Shown here one piece after another: positions 20,797 through 31,735 of a stretch of DNA of 64,000 nucleotides; position 1 is the stretch's first letter, and each line of letters opens with the position of its first letter. The translations under genes and the position numbers were made by a program. The notes beneath the pieces were generated by a model. That model was not told the DNA's origin and did not search any database. It saw nothing but the letters and a program-made list of their open reading frames with translations. Origin of the DNA: Coriobacteriia bacterium (GTDB taxonomy: Bacteria; Actinomycetota; Coriobacteriia; Coriobacteriales; UBA8131); contig WQXH01000001.1 in NCBI GenBank assembly GCA_009784945.1, forward strand, positions 23,257-87,256, read 5' to 3'.

Positions 20797-21768
20797 ATGA
20801 AGAATGCAAAAACAGACCTTCTGAGCGCCTACTTGATTATCGGAAGCGACGAGCTTAAGGCTCAAACAGTCATCCAGCGACTCTTGGCACGTCTAAAGGA
20901 GCAAGGCGACCTGGACTTTAACTCACAGATTCTAGATGCCTCTAAGGAAATTGACATTTGTAATCTCATCGACTCGCTCAATACACCTCCTCTAGCCGCT
21001 CCATATCGCGTGGTAGTGGTCAAGGAAATAGACAAGGCTGCAAAAGCACTTGTAGATGAGATTATTGATTATCTGGCAAGCCCGCTGACCAGCACCGTGT
21101 TAGTCATGACTGCCTTAAAGCTCACGCAACAGTCGCGACTCTACAAAGCCGTGAGTGCGCTGGGCAGCAAGTCTATCATCGATGCCTGCGACAGGAAAAA
21201 GCCTGAACTGCCGGCAATGATACGAAAACTTGCGCAAACGTATGAAATTGACCTGAGTTATGAAGGTGCAGTCAAGATAGCAGAATTAACCGGCAGCTCC
21301 TCGGTTGCCCTTAACAATGAGGTAAAAAAGCTCGCATCATACGTATTGGCTTTAGGTAGAAGCACTGCGAATGCGGACGATGTAACCATCGTGGTTGCAC
21401 GAACAAATCAGCCTTCATCTTGGGACTTTGTTGATGCCTTCTCTCGGCGAGACATCATAGGCAGTCTGGATGTCCTCAAGCTCTTGCCTCGCGAGACCCC
21501 CGTTAACCTTCTCTATCTTTGCGTTGTGCGTCTCAGGGAGCTCTTGAGCTACAAATCGCTTATGCAGCGAGGTGAAAGAAACCTGCCCAAGGCAATGGGC
21601 AAGCCAGAATGGCAGGTGCGCAGGCTTTCGGAGCTTGCATCCAAATATGAGCTTGTGGAGCTGTCAAGCCTTCTTGCCCAAGCTGCAGAAGCAGACGCGC
21701 GTATGAAAAGTGGTGAAGATGCAAAGCTGGTACTTGAAGGAATAATCCTCAAGAATTGCCACAACTAG
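20797..21768 (+). CDS. holA: DNA polymerase III delta subunit
   Basis: It lies in the conserved comEC-holA position, is ~323 aa, and begins ..AYLIIGSDELKAQTVIQRL. ATG 20797 lies after the comEC stop; the listed 20725 start would overlap comEC by 53 nt. Confidence 0.8.
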   Translation: MKNAKTDLLSAYLIIGSDELKAQTVIQRLLARLKEQGDLDFNSQILDASKEIDICNLIDSLNTPPLAAPYRVVVVKEIDKAAKALVDEIIDYLASPLTSTVLVMTALKLTQQSRLYKAVSALGSKSIIDACDRKKPELPAMIRKLAQTYEIDLSYEGAVKIAELTGSSSVALNNEVKKLASYVLALGRSTANADDVTIVVARTNQPSSWDFVDAFSRRDIIGSLDVLKLLPRETPVNLLYLCVVRLRELLSYKSLMQRGERNLPKAMGKPEWQVRRLSELASKYELVELSSLLAQAAEADARMKSGEDAKLVLEGIILKNCHN

Positions 21769-21848
21769 CCGGTGCACAGGAATGGCAGGTAACCTATAAT
21801 GGAGCGTTGCATGATGGTTAATGGAAATAACGAGAGGATTAGTGCATT

Positions 21849-23066
21849 TTGGAGACTCAAAGTAAGAAGCTTGATGACAATAAAAGGGAGATTACGGTAA
21901 CCCTTACCAGCAGTGAGGTGCAAAAAGAAATTGACTCAGCCTACAGGGAGGCCGCAAAAAATCGTATCCCTGGATTCAGGCCTGGCAAGGCTCCACGAAA
22001 AATATTGGAAAACCACTTTGGCGGCGAAGAGTTCTTTCTTGCTCAAGCCACCGAAGACCTGGTGCAAGCTTATACACCTTTAGCGCCCGATGAACTACAG
22101 CTTGTTACCCTGGGGAATCCAGAATTCGAAGAATTCGGCATGGTGGTTTCTGGCCAACCTTTTACCTTTACCTTTAGTATTGAAGTTGTGCCTGAGCTTG
22201 AACTCTCATCGTATGACCCCATAAAAATTGAACTCCCTTCTTCTGAGCCTACCGAAGATGAGATCCAGATGCACCTTGACACCCTGCTCTCTTATAACAT
22301 CAGCAAGGATGATGATGGCAATGTCAGTATGCCTGAACTCACCGATGAATGGGTCAAGGAGACTCTGGAGTATGACTCGGTTGAAACCCTTAAGCAGCGC
22401 CTTGCGGATTCTATTAGGCAACAAAGAGAATACGAGCTCTCCATGATTCGCGAAATGAAGGCTGGCCAGGAGCTGAGCAAGCTCTTGGTGGGAGAGGTGC
22501 CTGAGTCTCTCGTTCGTCAAACCGAGCAAGAGAACTACCGCGAACTTTTTCAATCTTTGCAAAAGCAGCGCACAACGTTTGACGCCTATATAGAAAACTA
22601 TGGCCTTACACCAGAAGCTTTTCGCGAAGAAATGAAAACGCAGGCTTTTGAGAGCTCTTCCATGTCACTCGCTTTAGATGCACTCGCACGACACTTTGAA
22701 ATGATTGCCACTGATGAAGAGATCATGCAAGAATTTGAAAAGAGCGGTTTGAAGGATCCCAAGAAGCTGTATGAAGACTGGCGCAAGAGCGGACGTCTTT
22801 CTGAGATCAGGCAGGGCATTGTGCGCATGAAGGCCTCTCAACACATGATGGAAAATCTTGAGATCTTTGAGATCGGACAGCTCTATCCCATTGAGGAGAG
22901 CGAGAGCAGCAAAGAAACACCTGCTAAAAAGTCCAAGAAAGCTTCCGCTACTGGCGGTAAAACTGATAACAATGACACTGAGGCTGCAGCAAAGAGCAAG
23001 GCACCTCGTACCACAAAGACTAAATCTACTAAAAGTGAGAGCCAAAATGGAGAGGAAGAGAATTGA
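21849..23066 (+). CDS. tig: Trigger factor (with Lys/Ser/Thr-rich C-terminal tail)
   Basis: [45 protein letters not shown] start, followed by clpP-clpX. Confidence 0.9.
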   Translation: METQSKKLDDNKREITVTLTSSEVQKEIDSAYREAAKNRIPGFRPGKAPRKILENHFGGEEFFLAQATEDLVQAYTPLAPDELQLVTLGNPEFEEFGMVVSGQPFTFTFSIEVVPELELSSYDPIKIELPSSEPTEDEIQMHLDTLLSYNISKDDDGNVSMPELTDEWVKETLEYDSVETLKQRLADSIRQQREYELSMIREMKAGQELSKLLVGEVPESLVRQTEQENYRELFQSLQKQRTTFDAYIENYGLTPEAFREEMKTQAFESSSMSLALDALARHFEMIATDEEIMQEFEKSGLKDPKKLYEDWRKSGRLSEIRQGIVRMKASQHMMENLEIFEIGQLYPIEESESSKETPAKKSKKASATGGKTDNNDTEAAAKSKAPRTTKTKSTKSESQNGEEEN

Positions 23067-23701
23067 TGGAATTAACCCCGCGTTCTACACTCATACCCTA
23101 CGTAATCGAACAGTCTCCTCGTGGAGAGCGTAGCTATGACATTTATAGCCGCTTGCTCAATGACCGCATCGTGTTTCTTGGTGATGCGATTGATGATCAC
23201 ATGGCTAATACCATCGTGGCGCAACTCTTGCACCTTGAAAGCCAGGATCCAGACAAGGACATATCGCTCTATATCAACTCACCGGGCGGTGTTATTACCT
23301 CTGGCTTGGCTATCTACGACACCATGCAGTTCATTAAATGCGATGTCTCGACTATATGCATTGGACAAGCCGCCTCTATGGCAGTTCCCTTACTGGCTGC
23401 TGGAGCAAAAGGAAAACGCTTTATTCTTCCCAATTCAAGGGTGATGATACATCAGCCAAGTGGAGGTGCGCGAGGCCAGCAGACCGAAATCGAGATCCTG
23501 GCGCGAGAAATTGCCTACGTTCGTGAGCGCATGAATGCCATACTCTCTGCTCATACCGGCCAAAGCATTGAACAAATCAACCAAGATACCGAGCGCGATA
23601 AGTTCATGAACGCCGAGGAGGCTCTGGCATATGGGATAGTAGATGAGATCTTTGAACACAGAGGCGAAAAGCCAAAGGATAAAGCCAACAAGAAGGATTA
23701 A
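23063..23701 (+). CDS. clpP: ATP-dependent Clp protease proteolytic subunit
   Basis: [19 protein letters not shown], the active-site context GQAASMA, and HQP. Confidence 0.95.
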   Translation: MMELTPRSTLIPYVIEQSPRGERSYDIYSRLLNDRIVFLGDAIDDHMANTIVAQLLHLESQDPDKDISLYINSPGGVITSGLAIYDTMQFIKCDVSTICIGQAASMAVPLLAAGAKGKRFILPNSRVMIHQPSGGARGQQTEIEILAREIAYVRERMNAILSAHTGQSIEQINQDTERDKFMNAEEALAYGIVDEIFEHRGEKPKDKANKKD

Positions 23702-23709
23702 TCAGCACA

Positions 23710-25041
23710 ATGTCTAGAGACTTAATAGGTTTTAGCGGAGACGGCGACTTTACAGAAATTCGCTGTAGCTTCTGCGGCAAAACTCAAGAAATGGTTCATC
23801 GACTTATTGCGGGTCCGGCTGTCTTCATATGTGATGAATGTGTAAAGCTTTGTGATGAGATGATACAAAATGATCCTATAGAGCAGCAGCTCAAGGACAT
23901 GTTGGACTCTATGGATTCGGATACGGAGTCTGGCGGCTTAGACGAGTCGCCTTTTGGAAATCTTCCCACACCTGCACAAATACACGCCCAACTCTCGCAG
24001 TATGTCATTGGGCAAGAGTCTGCCAAAAAAGCTTTAAGCGTAGCTGTTTACAACCATTACAAACGTGTTTCTCTTGGTGTGGCAACCAGCGACGAGGACG
24101 TAGAGCTGGCAAAGAGTAATATCATGCTCATTGGCCCCACTGGTTGCGGTAAGACTTTGTTGGCGCAAACGCTGGCACGCATCTTGCAAGTACCCTTTGC
24201 CATTGCCGATGCAACTGCTCTTACCGAAGCAGGCTATGTTGGCGAGGACGTGGAAAACATCTTGCTCAAGCTGATTATCGCTGCAGACGATGATATAAAC
24301 AAAGCAAGCATCGGAATTATTTACGTTGATGAGATCGACAAAGTAGCTCGCAAGGCCGAAAACCTCTCGATTACACGCGATGTTTCTGGCGAAGGTGTGC
24401 AGCAGGCTCTACTCAAGATTATTGAAGGAACGGAGGCGTCGGTTCCACCGCAGGGAGGGCGCAAGCATCCGCACCAAGAGCTTCTTAAAATCGATACCAC
24501 TAACATCCTCTTTATTTTAGGTGGCGCCTTTGTAGGCCTCGATAAAATCGTTGCTGACCGCATTGGGCGCAAAGGAGTAGGGTTTTCTGCAGAAATCAAG
24601 ACGCGGCTGGAAAAGAGCAGCTCAGAAGTGTTGTCCAAAACGCTACCCGAAGACTTACAGAGTTTTGGGATGATCCCTGAGTTTATTGGACGCATACCGG
24701 TTATCTGCGTAGTTGATGAGCTGTCTCAAGAAGACCTCATATGTATTCTTTCTGAGCCCAAAAACGCGTTGGTAAAGCAATATGAGCGTATGTTCTCTTT
24801 TGAAAACGTAGGTCTAAGCTTTACCGAAAGTGCTCTTGAAGAGATTGCCCGCGAAGCTTTTGAGCACGGTACGGGTGCGCGTGGACTCAGAGCTATTTGT
24901 GAGAGAACCCTCATGGATACTATGTATGAGCTTCCCGATAACGACAATATCGCAGAGGTCTTGGTTACCCCAGAAGCAGTGCATGGTGAGAGTGAACCAA
25001 CCTTAGTGCTAAGAGCTAAAGCACGCTCAAAGGCCAGCTAA
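23710..25041 (+). CDS. clpX: ATP-dependent Clp protease ATP-binding subunit ClpX
   Basis: Zinc finger CSFCGK...CDEC, Walker A GPTGCGKT, and the IYVDEIDK block. Confidence 0.95.
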   Translation: MSRDLIGFSGDGDFTEIRCSFCGKTQEMVHRLIAGPAVFICDECVKLCDEMIQNDPIEQQLKDMLDSMDSDTESGGLDESPFGNLPTPAQIHAQLSQYVIGQESAKKALSVAVYNHYKRVSLGVATSDEDVELAKSNIMLIGPTGCGKTLLAQTLARILQVPFAIADATALTEAGYVGEDVENILLKLIIAADDDINKASIGIIYVDEIDKVARKAENLSITRDVSGEGVQQALLKIIEGTEASVPPQGGRKHPHQELLKIDTTNILFILGGAFVGLDKIVADRIGRKGVGFSAEIKTRLEKSSSEVLSKTLPEDLQSFGMIPEFIGRIPVICVVDELSQEDLICILSEPKNALVKQYERMFSFENVGLSFTESALEEIAREAFEHGTGARGLRAICERTLMDTMYELPDNDNIAEVLVTPEAVHGESEPTLVLRAKARSKAS

Positions 25042-25162
25042 AACACAATGAGTAAATTTCCTGTGCGATGTGCGCTGGCATCTACTGTCGGCAGTAGCCC
25101 AGGCATTGAATAATTGTTTGAAGAACATGTAATTTGGATATTTGAGGGTGTGAAATTGTAAT

Positions 25163-27895
25163 ATGCAGGAGTTGCCAAAACAGTACGACCCTTCTACGCT
25201 TGAAGAGCAACTCTTTAAGCTGTGGGAAGAGGCTGGATATTTTGACCGTAAAGTAGCGGGATTTGCTTGTGAGGAGCTGGCTCCTTATACCGTAGTTATA
25301 CCGCCGCCTAACGTAACCGGTGTGCTGCACATGGGTCATGCTCTCAACAACACCCTGCAAGATATTTTGGTACGCACTGCGCGCATGAAAGGTCATCCTA
25401 CACGCTGGATAGCGGGCACAGATCATGCTGGCATTGCTACGCAAAACAAGGTGGAGCAGATGCTGGCTTCTAAAAAACTGAACCGTTTTGATGTGGGGCG
25501 CGATGCCTTTGTTGAGGCTTGCTGGCAATGGCGCAGCGAATATGGCTCAACGATCATCGAACAGCTCAAGGCTATGGGTTGCTCGTGTGACTATGAACGT
25601 GAGCAGTTTACCATGGATCCTGCTTATGCAGAGGCAGTACGCAAGGTGTTTGTTGAGTGGTACAACAAGGAGCTGATCTATAGAGGCTACCGTATTATCA
25701 ACTGGTGTCCACGTTGCACTACTGCCTTGGCGGATGACGAAGTAGAGCACAGGGATGAGCTCGGAACCCTCTGGCACTTGAGGTACCCCCTTGTTGAACC
25801 AGTGGATGGCGTAGAGTATCTTGTGGTGGCCACCACGAGACCTGAAACCATGCTGGGGGATACCGGCGTTGCCGTGCACCCAACAGATAAACGCTACCTC
25901 AAGCTTCTGAATGCTGAGGCTGCTGTGATGCTACCGCTGATGAACAGGAAGATACCGCTCTTTGGCGATGATTATGTTGATCCTGCCTTTGGCACGGGTG
26001 TTGTTAAGGTTACTCCGGCGCATGACCCTAATGATTTTGACATGGGACAGCGTCAGAACCTGGAGCAAATTAATATATTTGATGAACACGCTGTTGTCAC
26101 TGAGGCAGGCGGCAGTTTTGCTGGCATGACACGCGAGCAGGCGCGCGAGGCTGTTGTGCAATCCTTAGATAAGTTGGGATTCTTAGAAAAAGTAGAGGAG
26201 CACCAGCATGCGGTAGGGCACTGCTATCGCTGTGATACTACCTTAGAGCCTTGGTTATCCGAGCAGTGGTTTGTTGCCATGCAAAAACTGGCTGCCCCGG
26301 CTATTGAGGTGGTTAAGAGCGGAAAAGTGACCTTTTATCCCAAGCGCTGGGAAAATACCTACTTTCACTGGATGGAAAACATTCGCGACTGGTGTATCTC
26401 ACGTCAGCTGTGGTGGGGACATCGAATTCCTGTTTTTTATTGCACAGTTTGTGCCTGGACAGACGCCTTGGACGAAGACCTCTTTGCATGCCCTCAGTGC
26501 GGCGGTGCGCTCAAGCAGGACGAAGATGTACTAGACACCTGGTTTTCATCTCAACTATGGCCCTTTGCAACCATGGGATGGCCTTCTGCGCCCTATGCAG
26601 ATGATGAGCTTGCCTCTTACTATCCTACGCAAGTGCTTTCTACCGCCCGCGACATTATCTTTTTGTGGGTAGCACGCATGGTGCTCTCTTCGCTCTACTT
26701 TGTGGATAAAGTGCCTTTTTATGACGTACTCATACACCCAACAGTCTTAGACCGCTTTGGCAATATAATGTCAAAGAGCCGGGGTAATGGTATAGATCCG
26801 GTGGAGCTGATCAGTAATTATGGTGCCGATGGCATGCGATTTGGCTTGGCACTGCAAGTAACCGGAAACCAAGACTTAAAGTTCAACGAAGAAAAGCTTC
26901 TTGGCTCAAGGAACTTTGCCACCAAGATATGGAATGCCTCTCGTTTCGTGTTGATGCAACTTGAGGAGTTAGGAGCTGAGGGCAAGGAGTCGAGCGCTCA
27001 AAGCATGAAGTCACTACATAACTGCATCAAGGCCGACCAATCTCAGGCCACTACTGCCGATCGTTGGATTTTATCTCGCCTTGCCCACCTCACAGAAGCG
27101 CTTAACAACTCAGAAACGACCTACGATTTTGGCGCGCGGGCGCGCTTGCTGCAACGTTTTTTCTGGAATGAATTTTGCGATTGGTATATCGAGATTAGCA
27201 AGAGCCAACTTGCCGACGATGCCTTGAGGACGTCTACCATGCAAAACCTGATATATGTACTTGACAATGCCTTGCGTCTTCTACATCCTTATATGCCCTT
27301 TATTACCGAAAAGATATGGCAATCTATTCCTCATGGGAGCACACGGCCTTCTCTTATGGTGGCTGAGTGGCCTTGTGCCAAGACGCTTGCTGACCTAGTT
27401 GATGATGTGGCAGAGATGCATATAGAGTTGCTGATTGCCGTAGTGGGAACGGTGCGCAGTGTGCGAGCACGTTACGGAATATCACCGCGCCAAGAACTCT
27501 CTGTGGCAGTAAGCACGGGAGGCGCGCTCGCAACAGAGCATACGGCCAGCCTTAGTGCCATGGAGGCAACCATAATCAAGCTGGGAAACATAGACAGCTT
27601 TACGGCAGCTCCCGGTGCTACGAAGCCAGACAATGCCAGCATCGCCGTAGTAGACGAGCTTGAGATCTATGTGGAGCTTGAAGGCTTGGTGGACTTTGCT
27701 GCCGAACGCGAGCGCCTCCTAAAGGAGCAAACAAAACTCACCCAAGAACTTCTTAAGCTCGAAAAGAAACTGGCAAACGAAGGCTTTATCTCTAAGGCTG
27801 CCCCAGACATAATAGAAAAGACAAAAAATGATGCACTGGAAGTATCAAGTGCTCTTGCTCGTATAACAGCTCAGCTAGAGGTACCTTCCGCGTGA
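25163..27895 (+). CDS. valS: Valine--tRNA ligase
   Basis: PPPNVTGVLHMGHA (HIGH), MSKSRGN (KMSKS) and a C-terminal coiled coil. 910 aa. Confidence 0.95.
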   Translation: MQELPKQYDPSTLEEQLFKLWEEAGYFDRKVAGFACEELAPYTVVIPPPNVTGVLHMGHALNNTLQDILVRTARMKGHPTRWIAGTDHAGIATQNKVEQMLASKKLNRFDVGRDAFVEACWQWRSEYGSTIIEQLKAMGCSCDYEREQFTMDPAYAEAVRKVFVEWYNKELIYRGYRIINWCPRCTTALADDEVEHRDELGTLWHLRYPLVEPVDGVEYLVVATTRPETMLGDTGVAVHPTDKRYLKLLNAEAAVMLPLMNRKIPLFGDDYVDPAFGTGVVKVTPAHDPNDFDMGQRQNLEQINIFDEHAVVTEAGGSFAGMTREQAREAVVQSLDKLGFLEKVEEHQHAVGHCYRCDTTLEPWLSEQWFVAMQKLAAPAIEVVKSGKVTFYPKRWENTYFHWMENIRDWCISRQLWWGHRIPVFYCTVCAWTDALDEDLFACPQCGGALKQDEDVLDTWFSSQLWPFATMGWPSAPYADDELASYYPTQVLSTARDIIFLWVARMVLSSLYFVDKVPFYDVLIHPTVLDRFGNIMSKSRGNGIDPVELISNYGADGMRFGLALQVTGNQDLKFNEEKLLGSRNFATKIWNASRFVLMQLEELGAEGKESSAQSMKSLHNCIKADQSQATTADRWILSRLAHLTEALNNSETTYDFGARARLLQRFFWNEFCDWYIEISKSQLADDALRTSTMQNLIYVLDNALRLLHPYMPFITEKIWQSIPHGSTRPSLMVAEWPCAKTLADLVDDVAEMHIELLIAVVGTVRSVRARYGISPRQELSVAVSTGGALATEHTASLSAMEATIIKLGNIDSFTAAPGATKPDNASIAVVDELEIYVELEGLVDFAAERERLLKEQTKLTQELLKLEKKLANEGFISKAAPDIIEKTKNDALEVSSALARITAQLEVPSA

Positions 27896-29133
27896 GCAAG
27901 AGCATGCAAACAGCCCTGGAAATTATTAGGGCGTCTTTGAGATTTGGCATCAATCCGTCACTTGAGCCAATTACTCAGGTCTGTAAGCTCTTGGGCAACC
28001 CACAACAACAGTATCGCTGCATTCAGGTAGCTGGCACCAACGGCAAGAGCTCTACGAGCCGCTATATAGCTGCCTTGCTTGGACAGCTGGGTTACTCTAC
28101 TGGCCTTTATACATCGCCTGAGCTGGTTTCGATTACCGAGCGGGTAGAAATCAAGTATGGTATCTCTAAGGCACATCAAGATACGCACGTCTTAGAAGAT
28201 GAGGAGTTTGCACAAGCAGTAATACATGTACACACAACTGCCCAGAAGGGATGTCTTGAGCTCACTGAGTTTGAGCTCATAACTGCGGCAGCTTTCGTGT
28301 TATTTGCACAGGCGCAAATAGATTATGCCATTTTGGAAGTTGGCTTGGGAGGCCGCTGGGACGCAACGAGCGTGGTGCATCCCGTGCTGGCGGTTTTTAC
28401 CGGCGTCGACCTTGAACACACCAGCATATTAGGAAACACCATTGCCCAGATTGCATCAGAAAAGGCAGCTGTAATAAAGCCAGGTAGTCTGGTGGTTACC
28501 GCGCCGACACACCGTGAAGCACTGGATGTATTCAAAGCTGAGGCTGTGCTTCAAGGTGCACGTTTTATTGAACTTGAGGCTGACAGCCTCAATCTTATAG
28601 TTGATGATGGATCCTATCAGGCACAAAACAAACTCACCGCCCTCAAATCGGTGCAGGAGTTGCTTGGGCCAGGAGCTATCAGCTGTGAGCATGCACTTGC
28701 AACACTCAACCAAACAGTAGTACCGGGGCGATTTGAGACGGTGTACACCAATCCACTTATCATCATAGACGCAGCGCACAATCCCGCTTCTGCCCTCACT
28801 CTGGCCAGCTCCTTAAGGGGGCCGATGGACATTTTACTACTGGCCGTGCTTGACGACAAGGATGCAACTGGCATCATACAGGCGCTCGCTTTGCACTTTA
28901 ATCAGATCGTAGTTACTCAAACATCCAGCTCTCGATCAGTTCCTGCACAGGAGCTTGTACAATTCGTTGAGTCAGAAACCGGCACTAGACCTCAGGCTTA
29001 TGCCACAGTGCGTGATGCCCTCACTGCCCTGCTCTTGCTGGACAAATCGATACTCGCCACCGGCTCCATAACCCTCGCCGGAGAAGTAAAGCGCCTACTG
29101 GCAAGCAAGCCAAGATGCCCTCTGTTCACTTAA
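27892..29133 (+). CDS. folC: Folylpolyglutamate synthase / dihydrofolate synthase
   Basis: VAGTNGKSST P-loop of the Mur-ligase family, in the valS-folC arrangement with an overlapping stop/start. Confidence 0.85.
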   Translation: MSKSMQTALEIIRASLRFGINPSLEPITQVCKLLGNPQQQYRCIQVAGTNGKSSTSRYIAALLGQLGYSTGLYTSPELVSITERVEIKYGISKAHQDTHVLEDEEFAQAVIHVHTTAQKGCLELTEFELITAAAFVLFAQAQIDYAILEVGLGGRWDATSVVHPVLAVFTGVDLEHTSILGNTIAQIASEKAAVIKPGSLVVTAPTHREALDVFKAEAVLQGARFIELEADSLNLIVDDGSYQAQNKLTALKSVQELLGPGAISCEHALATLNQTVVPGRFETVYTNPLIIIDAAHNPASALTLASSLRGPMDILLLAVLDDKDATGIIQALALHFNQIVVTQTSSSRSVPAQELVQFVESETGTRPQAYATVRDALTALLLLDKSILATGSITLAGEVKRLLASKPRCPLFT

Positions 29134-29316
29134 GCAGGGTTTGGTAACCTGCGCCTGAGCATTGCGATTGTTTCTCATGCCTGCATGACTACGGGATAGC
29201 TTAAAGGGTTAAGCAGTAAGGTGTGACGGTAAAATAATCGCCCCCTTAATGCTTGTGAGAGCAAGTTCTGATAGAATTACTTGGTTCTCATCAACCGATC
29301 ATCAGAAGGAAGCACG

Positions 29317-29745
29317 ATGGAAGAGTTACTTAATTCATTAATCACTCCAGAGGTACAAATGGCTATTTCATCCGTTGTGGTTGTTATTGGCATTTTTTAT
29401 CTTATTTCTATTATTTGGGTAGTACGTGACTCTTATCTTCGTGGCGCTAACCCTGTAATTTGGGGAATCGTCAGCCTCGTGCCTTTTATGGGTGCTTTTT
29501 TCTATGCGATGATGCGCCCGCCTATGTTGCTTTCTGACAAGGATGAGCAGAATCTTGACTTTGCCCTCAAACAGCGCCAGTTAATGAATTACGGAGAATG
29601 CGGAAAGTGTGGGTACCCAGTTGAGCGTGAGTACCTTATGTGCCCTCGCTGTAGCACGCAGCTCAAAAACGAATGTGCACGCTGCGGCCATGCCCTCAAC
29701 CCCGAGTGGCAGGTCTGTCCATTTTGTTGCACACCGGTTAGCTAA
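29317..29745 (+). CDS. Small membrane protein with two TM helices and a C-terminal double zinc-ribbon
   Basis: Hydrophobic hairpin MAISSVVVVIGIFYLISIIWVV...VIWGIVSLVPFMGAFFYAMM. Three Cys pairs follow: CGKCG...CPRC...CARCG; a fourth pair, CPFCC, is CxxCC rather than CxxC. GAAGGA precedes ATG 29317. The stop is 3 nt before thrS. Confidence 0.6.
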   Translation: MEELLNSLITPEVQMAISSVVVVIGIFYLISIIWVVRDSYLRGANPVIWGIVSLVPFMGAFFYAMMRPPMLLSDKDEQNLDFALKQRQLMNYGECGKCGYPVEREYLMCPRCSTQLKNECARCGHALNPEWQVCPFCCTPVS

Positions 29746-29748
29746 GCT

Positions 29749-31656
29749 ATGAGTCTTAAAGTCTGGCTTCCGGATGGCACACAAAAAGAGTTGCCCTCAG
29801 ATTCGACTATCGCCGATCTGGCTGCCTCGATAGGATCTGGCTTGGCCAAGGCAGCCCTTGCGGGCAAGCGTGGTGGCCAACTTGTAGATTTAGACACCTG
29901 TTTGCAAAATGACGACGTGGTAGAAATAATTACCGAACGTTCGCCTGAGGCTTTGGATATCCTGCGGCACTCGACTGCCCATATCATGGCCGAGGCTGTA
30001 CTAGAGCTCTACCCCAACGCCCAGTTTGGCATTGGCCCTGCCATAGAAGACGGTTTTTACTACGACATTGAACTGGACAAATCACTTTCTATTGATGATC
30101 TTGCTGCCATAGAGGCAGTTATGGAGCGTCTCATCACCGAAAAGCAGAGTTTTGCGCGAGATGAGGTGAGCAAGGAACGCGCCTATGAGATATTTGCTGA
30201 CCAGCCCCTCAAGCTTGAGTTGATTGATGAGCTGCCTGTAGAAGAAGCTATCTCTGTGTACCAGCAAGGAAGCTTTATTGATCTTTGTCGCGGCCCACAT
30301 CTTCCGTCCACCGGCCTTTCCAAGGCTTTTAAGCTCACCAAGCTGGCCGGAGCCTACTGGCGCGGAAGTTCTGAACGCCCCATGCTGCAACGCATTTACG
30401 GAACGGCGTGGTTTAAAAAAGCAGATTTGGACGAATACCTTTCCCAGATCGAAGAAGCCGAAAAACGTGACCATCGCAAGCTGGGAAGAGAGCTGGGCTT
30501 CTATATGATGGATGAACGAGCGGGCGCAGGTTTGCCGCTGTATCAGCCCAAAGGTGCCCGAGTCATCAGGATCTTGCAGGAGTGGCTTCGCCGAGATCTT
30601 TACGAACGAGGATACGAAGAGGTCATTACCCCCCATATGTACAACGCCGAGGTCTGGAAGGTCAGCGGGCACTACGATTTTTATCACGATAATATGTACT
30701 TTTTTGAAATTGATGAGAGCGAAGCCAAAGACGGCTCAAAGACCAGCGAGTATGCAGTTAAACCTATGAATTGCCCGGGACATGTTTTGATTTACGCCAA
30801 CCATCTACGTTCTTATCGCGAACTGCCTATACGTTACTTTGAGTTTGGCACCGTATATCGTCATGAATTGAGTGGCGTAGTTCATGGCCTGTTACGAGCT
30901 AGAGGTTTTACCCAAGATGATGCACACATCTTTTGTAGGTCAGACCAGCTGCTTGGCGAAATAATCGACATACTCAAGCTCATTGACCACATCATGACCA
31001 CCTTTGAGTTTACTTATTCAGCCGAGATCTCAACACAACCAAGCAAGTCTATAGGCGGTAAGGATAAGTGGGACTTTGCCACCGAGCAGCTCAGGGCGGC
31101 TTGTGAGGCTCATGGTTTGTCTTATGAGATTAATGAAGGAGACGGTGCCTTTTACGGCCCCAAGATAGATATCATGGTAAAGGATGCCATAGGGCGTACC
31201 TGGCAATGCTCCACGGTTCAAATTGACTTCAATTTTCCAGAACGCTTTGATTTGAGTTATCGCAGTTCTGACAACAGCAGTGAGCAGCCTTGGATGATTC
31301 ACCGTGCCATCTTTGGTAGCATAGAGCGCTTCTTGGGTATACTCATAGAGCATTATGCCGGAGCCCTGCCCGCCTGGCTGGCACCGGTACAGGCAGTCAT
31401 CATTCCCATAGCCGACCGGCATGCAGACTATGCTCTACAGGTGGAAGCAGCACTCAAAGCAGCGGGTATACGCGCAGAAACCGCCGCCCAAAAAGAGCCG
31501 ATGAAGGTTAAGGTAGCCCTTGCCCAGCAGCAACAGGTGCCCTATATGCTCGTAGTGGGCGACAAAGAATCTGAAGAGGGGAGCGTCAGTGTAAGAGAGC
31601 GCCGCAGTGGCGACCTCGGTGCCATGATGCTGGAGGATTTTAAGGCTCTTTTATAA
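29749..31656 (+). CDS. thrS: Threonine--tRNA ligase
   Basis: An N-terminal TGS domain, an editing domain (HSTAH), class II motifs (FRHE-like YRHELSG, HRAIFGSIERF) and an anticodon-binding C-terminus. Confidence 0.95.
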   Translation: MSLKVWLPDGTQKELPSDSTIADLAASIGSGLAKAALAGKRGGQLVDLDTCLQNDDVVEIITERSPEALDILRHSTAHIMAEAVLELYPNAQFGIGPAIEDGFYYDIELDKSLSIDDLAAIEAVMERLITEKQSFARDEVSKERAYEIFADQPLKLELIDELPVEEAISVYQQGSFIDLCRGPHLPSTGLSKAFKLTKLAGAYWRGSSERPMLQRIYGTAWFKKADLDEYLSQIEEAEKRDHRKLGRELGFYMMDERAGAGLPLYQPKGARVIRILQEWLRRDLYERGYEEVITPHMYNAEVWKVSGHYDFYHDNMYFFEIDESEAKDGSKTSEYAVKPMNCPGHVLIYANHLRSYRELPIRYFEFGTVYRHELSGVVHGLLRARGFTQDDAHIFCRSDQLLGEIIDILKLIDHIMTTFEFTYSAEISTQPSKSIGGKDKWDFATEQLRAACEAHGLSYEINEGDGAFYGPKIDIMVKDAIGRTWQCSTVQIDFNFPERFDLSYRSSDNSSEQPWMIHRAIFGSIERFLGILIEHYAGALPAWLAPVQAVIIPIADRHADYALQVEAALKAAGIRAETAAQKEPMKVKVALAQQQQVPYMLVVGDKESEEGSVSVRERRSGDLGAMMLEDFKALL

Positions 31657-31735
31657 AGCCCGCTCATGCTTTTGATTTTAAGTGCGCCAGTGGTGTGTGA
31701 CCTTCAGTTTCAAAACGCAACATCCAACTCGGGTG

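Noticed and set aside
22890-23066. Lys/Ser/Thr/Glu-rich ~55-aa C-terminal tail of trigger factor (and the acidic tail of RpoZ, 16030..16167)
   Set aside because: Low-complexity terminal extensions on housekeeping proteins are common in Actinomycetota. They are in frame, with no sign of a fusion or frameshift.
25042-25162. Possible T-box or other leader upstream of valS (and likewise upstream of thrS and proS)
   Set aside because: The valS spacer is only 121 nt, and thrS and proS have essentially no spacer. This is too short for a T-box (~200+ nt). No specifier or T-box sequence was noticed; there is only a small hairpin, CTACTG-TCGG-CAGTAG, without a T-run.
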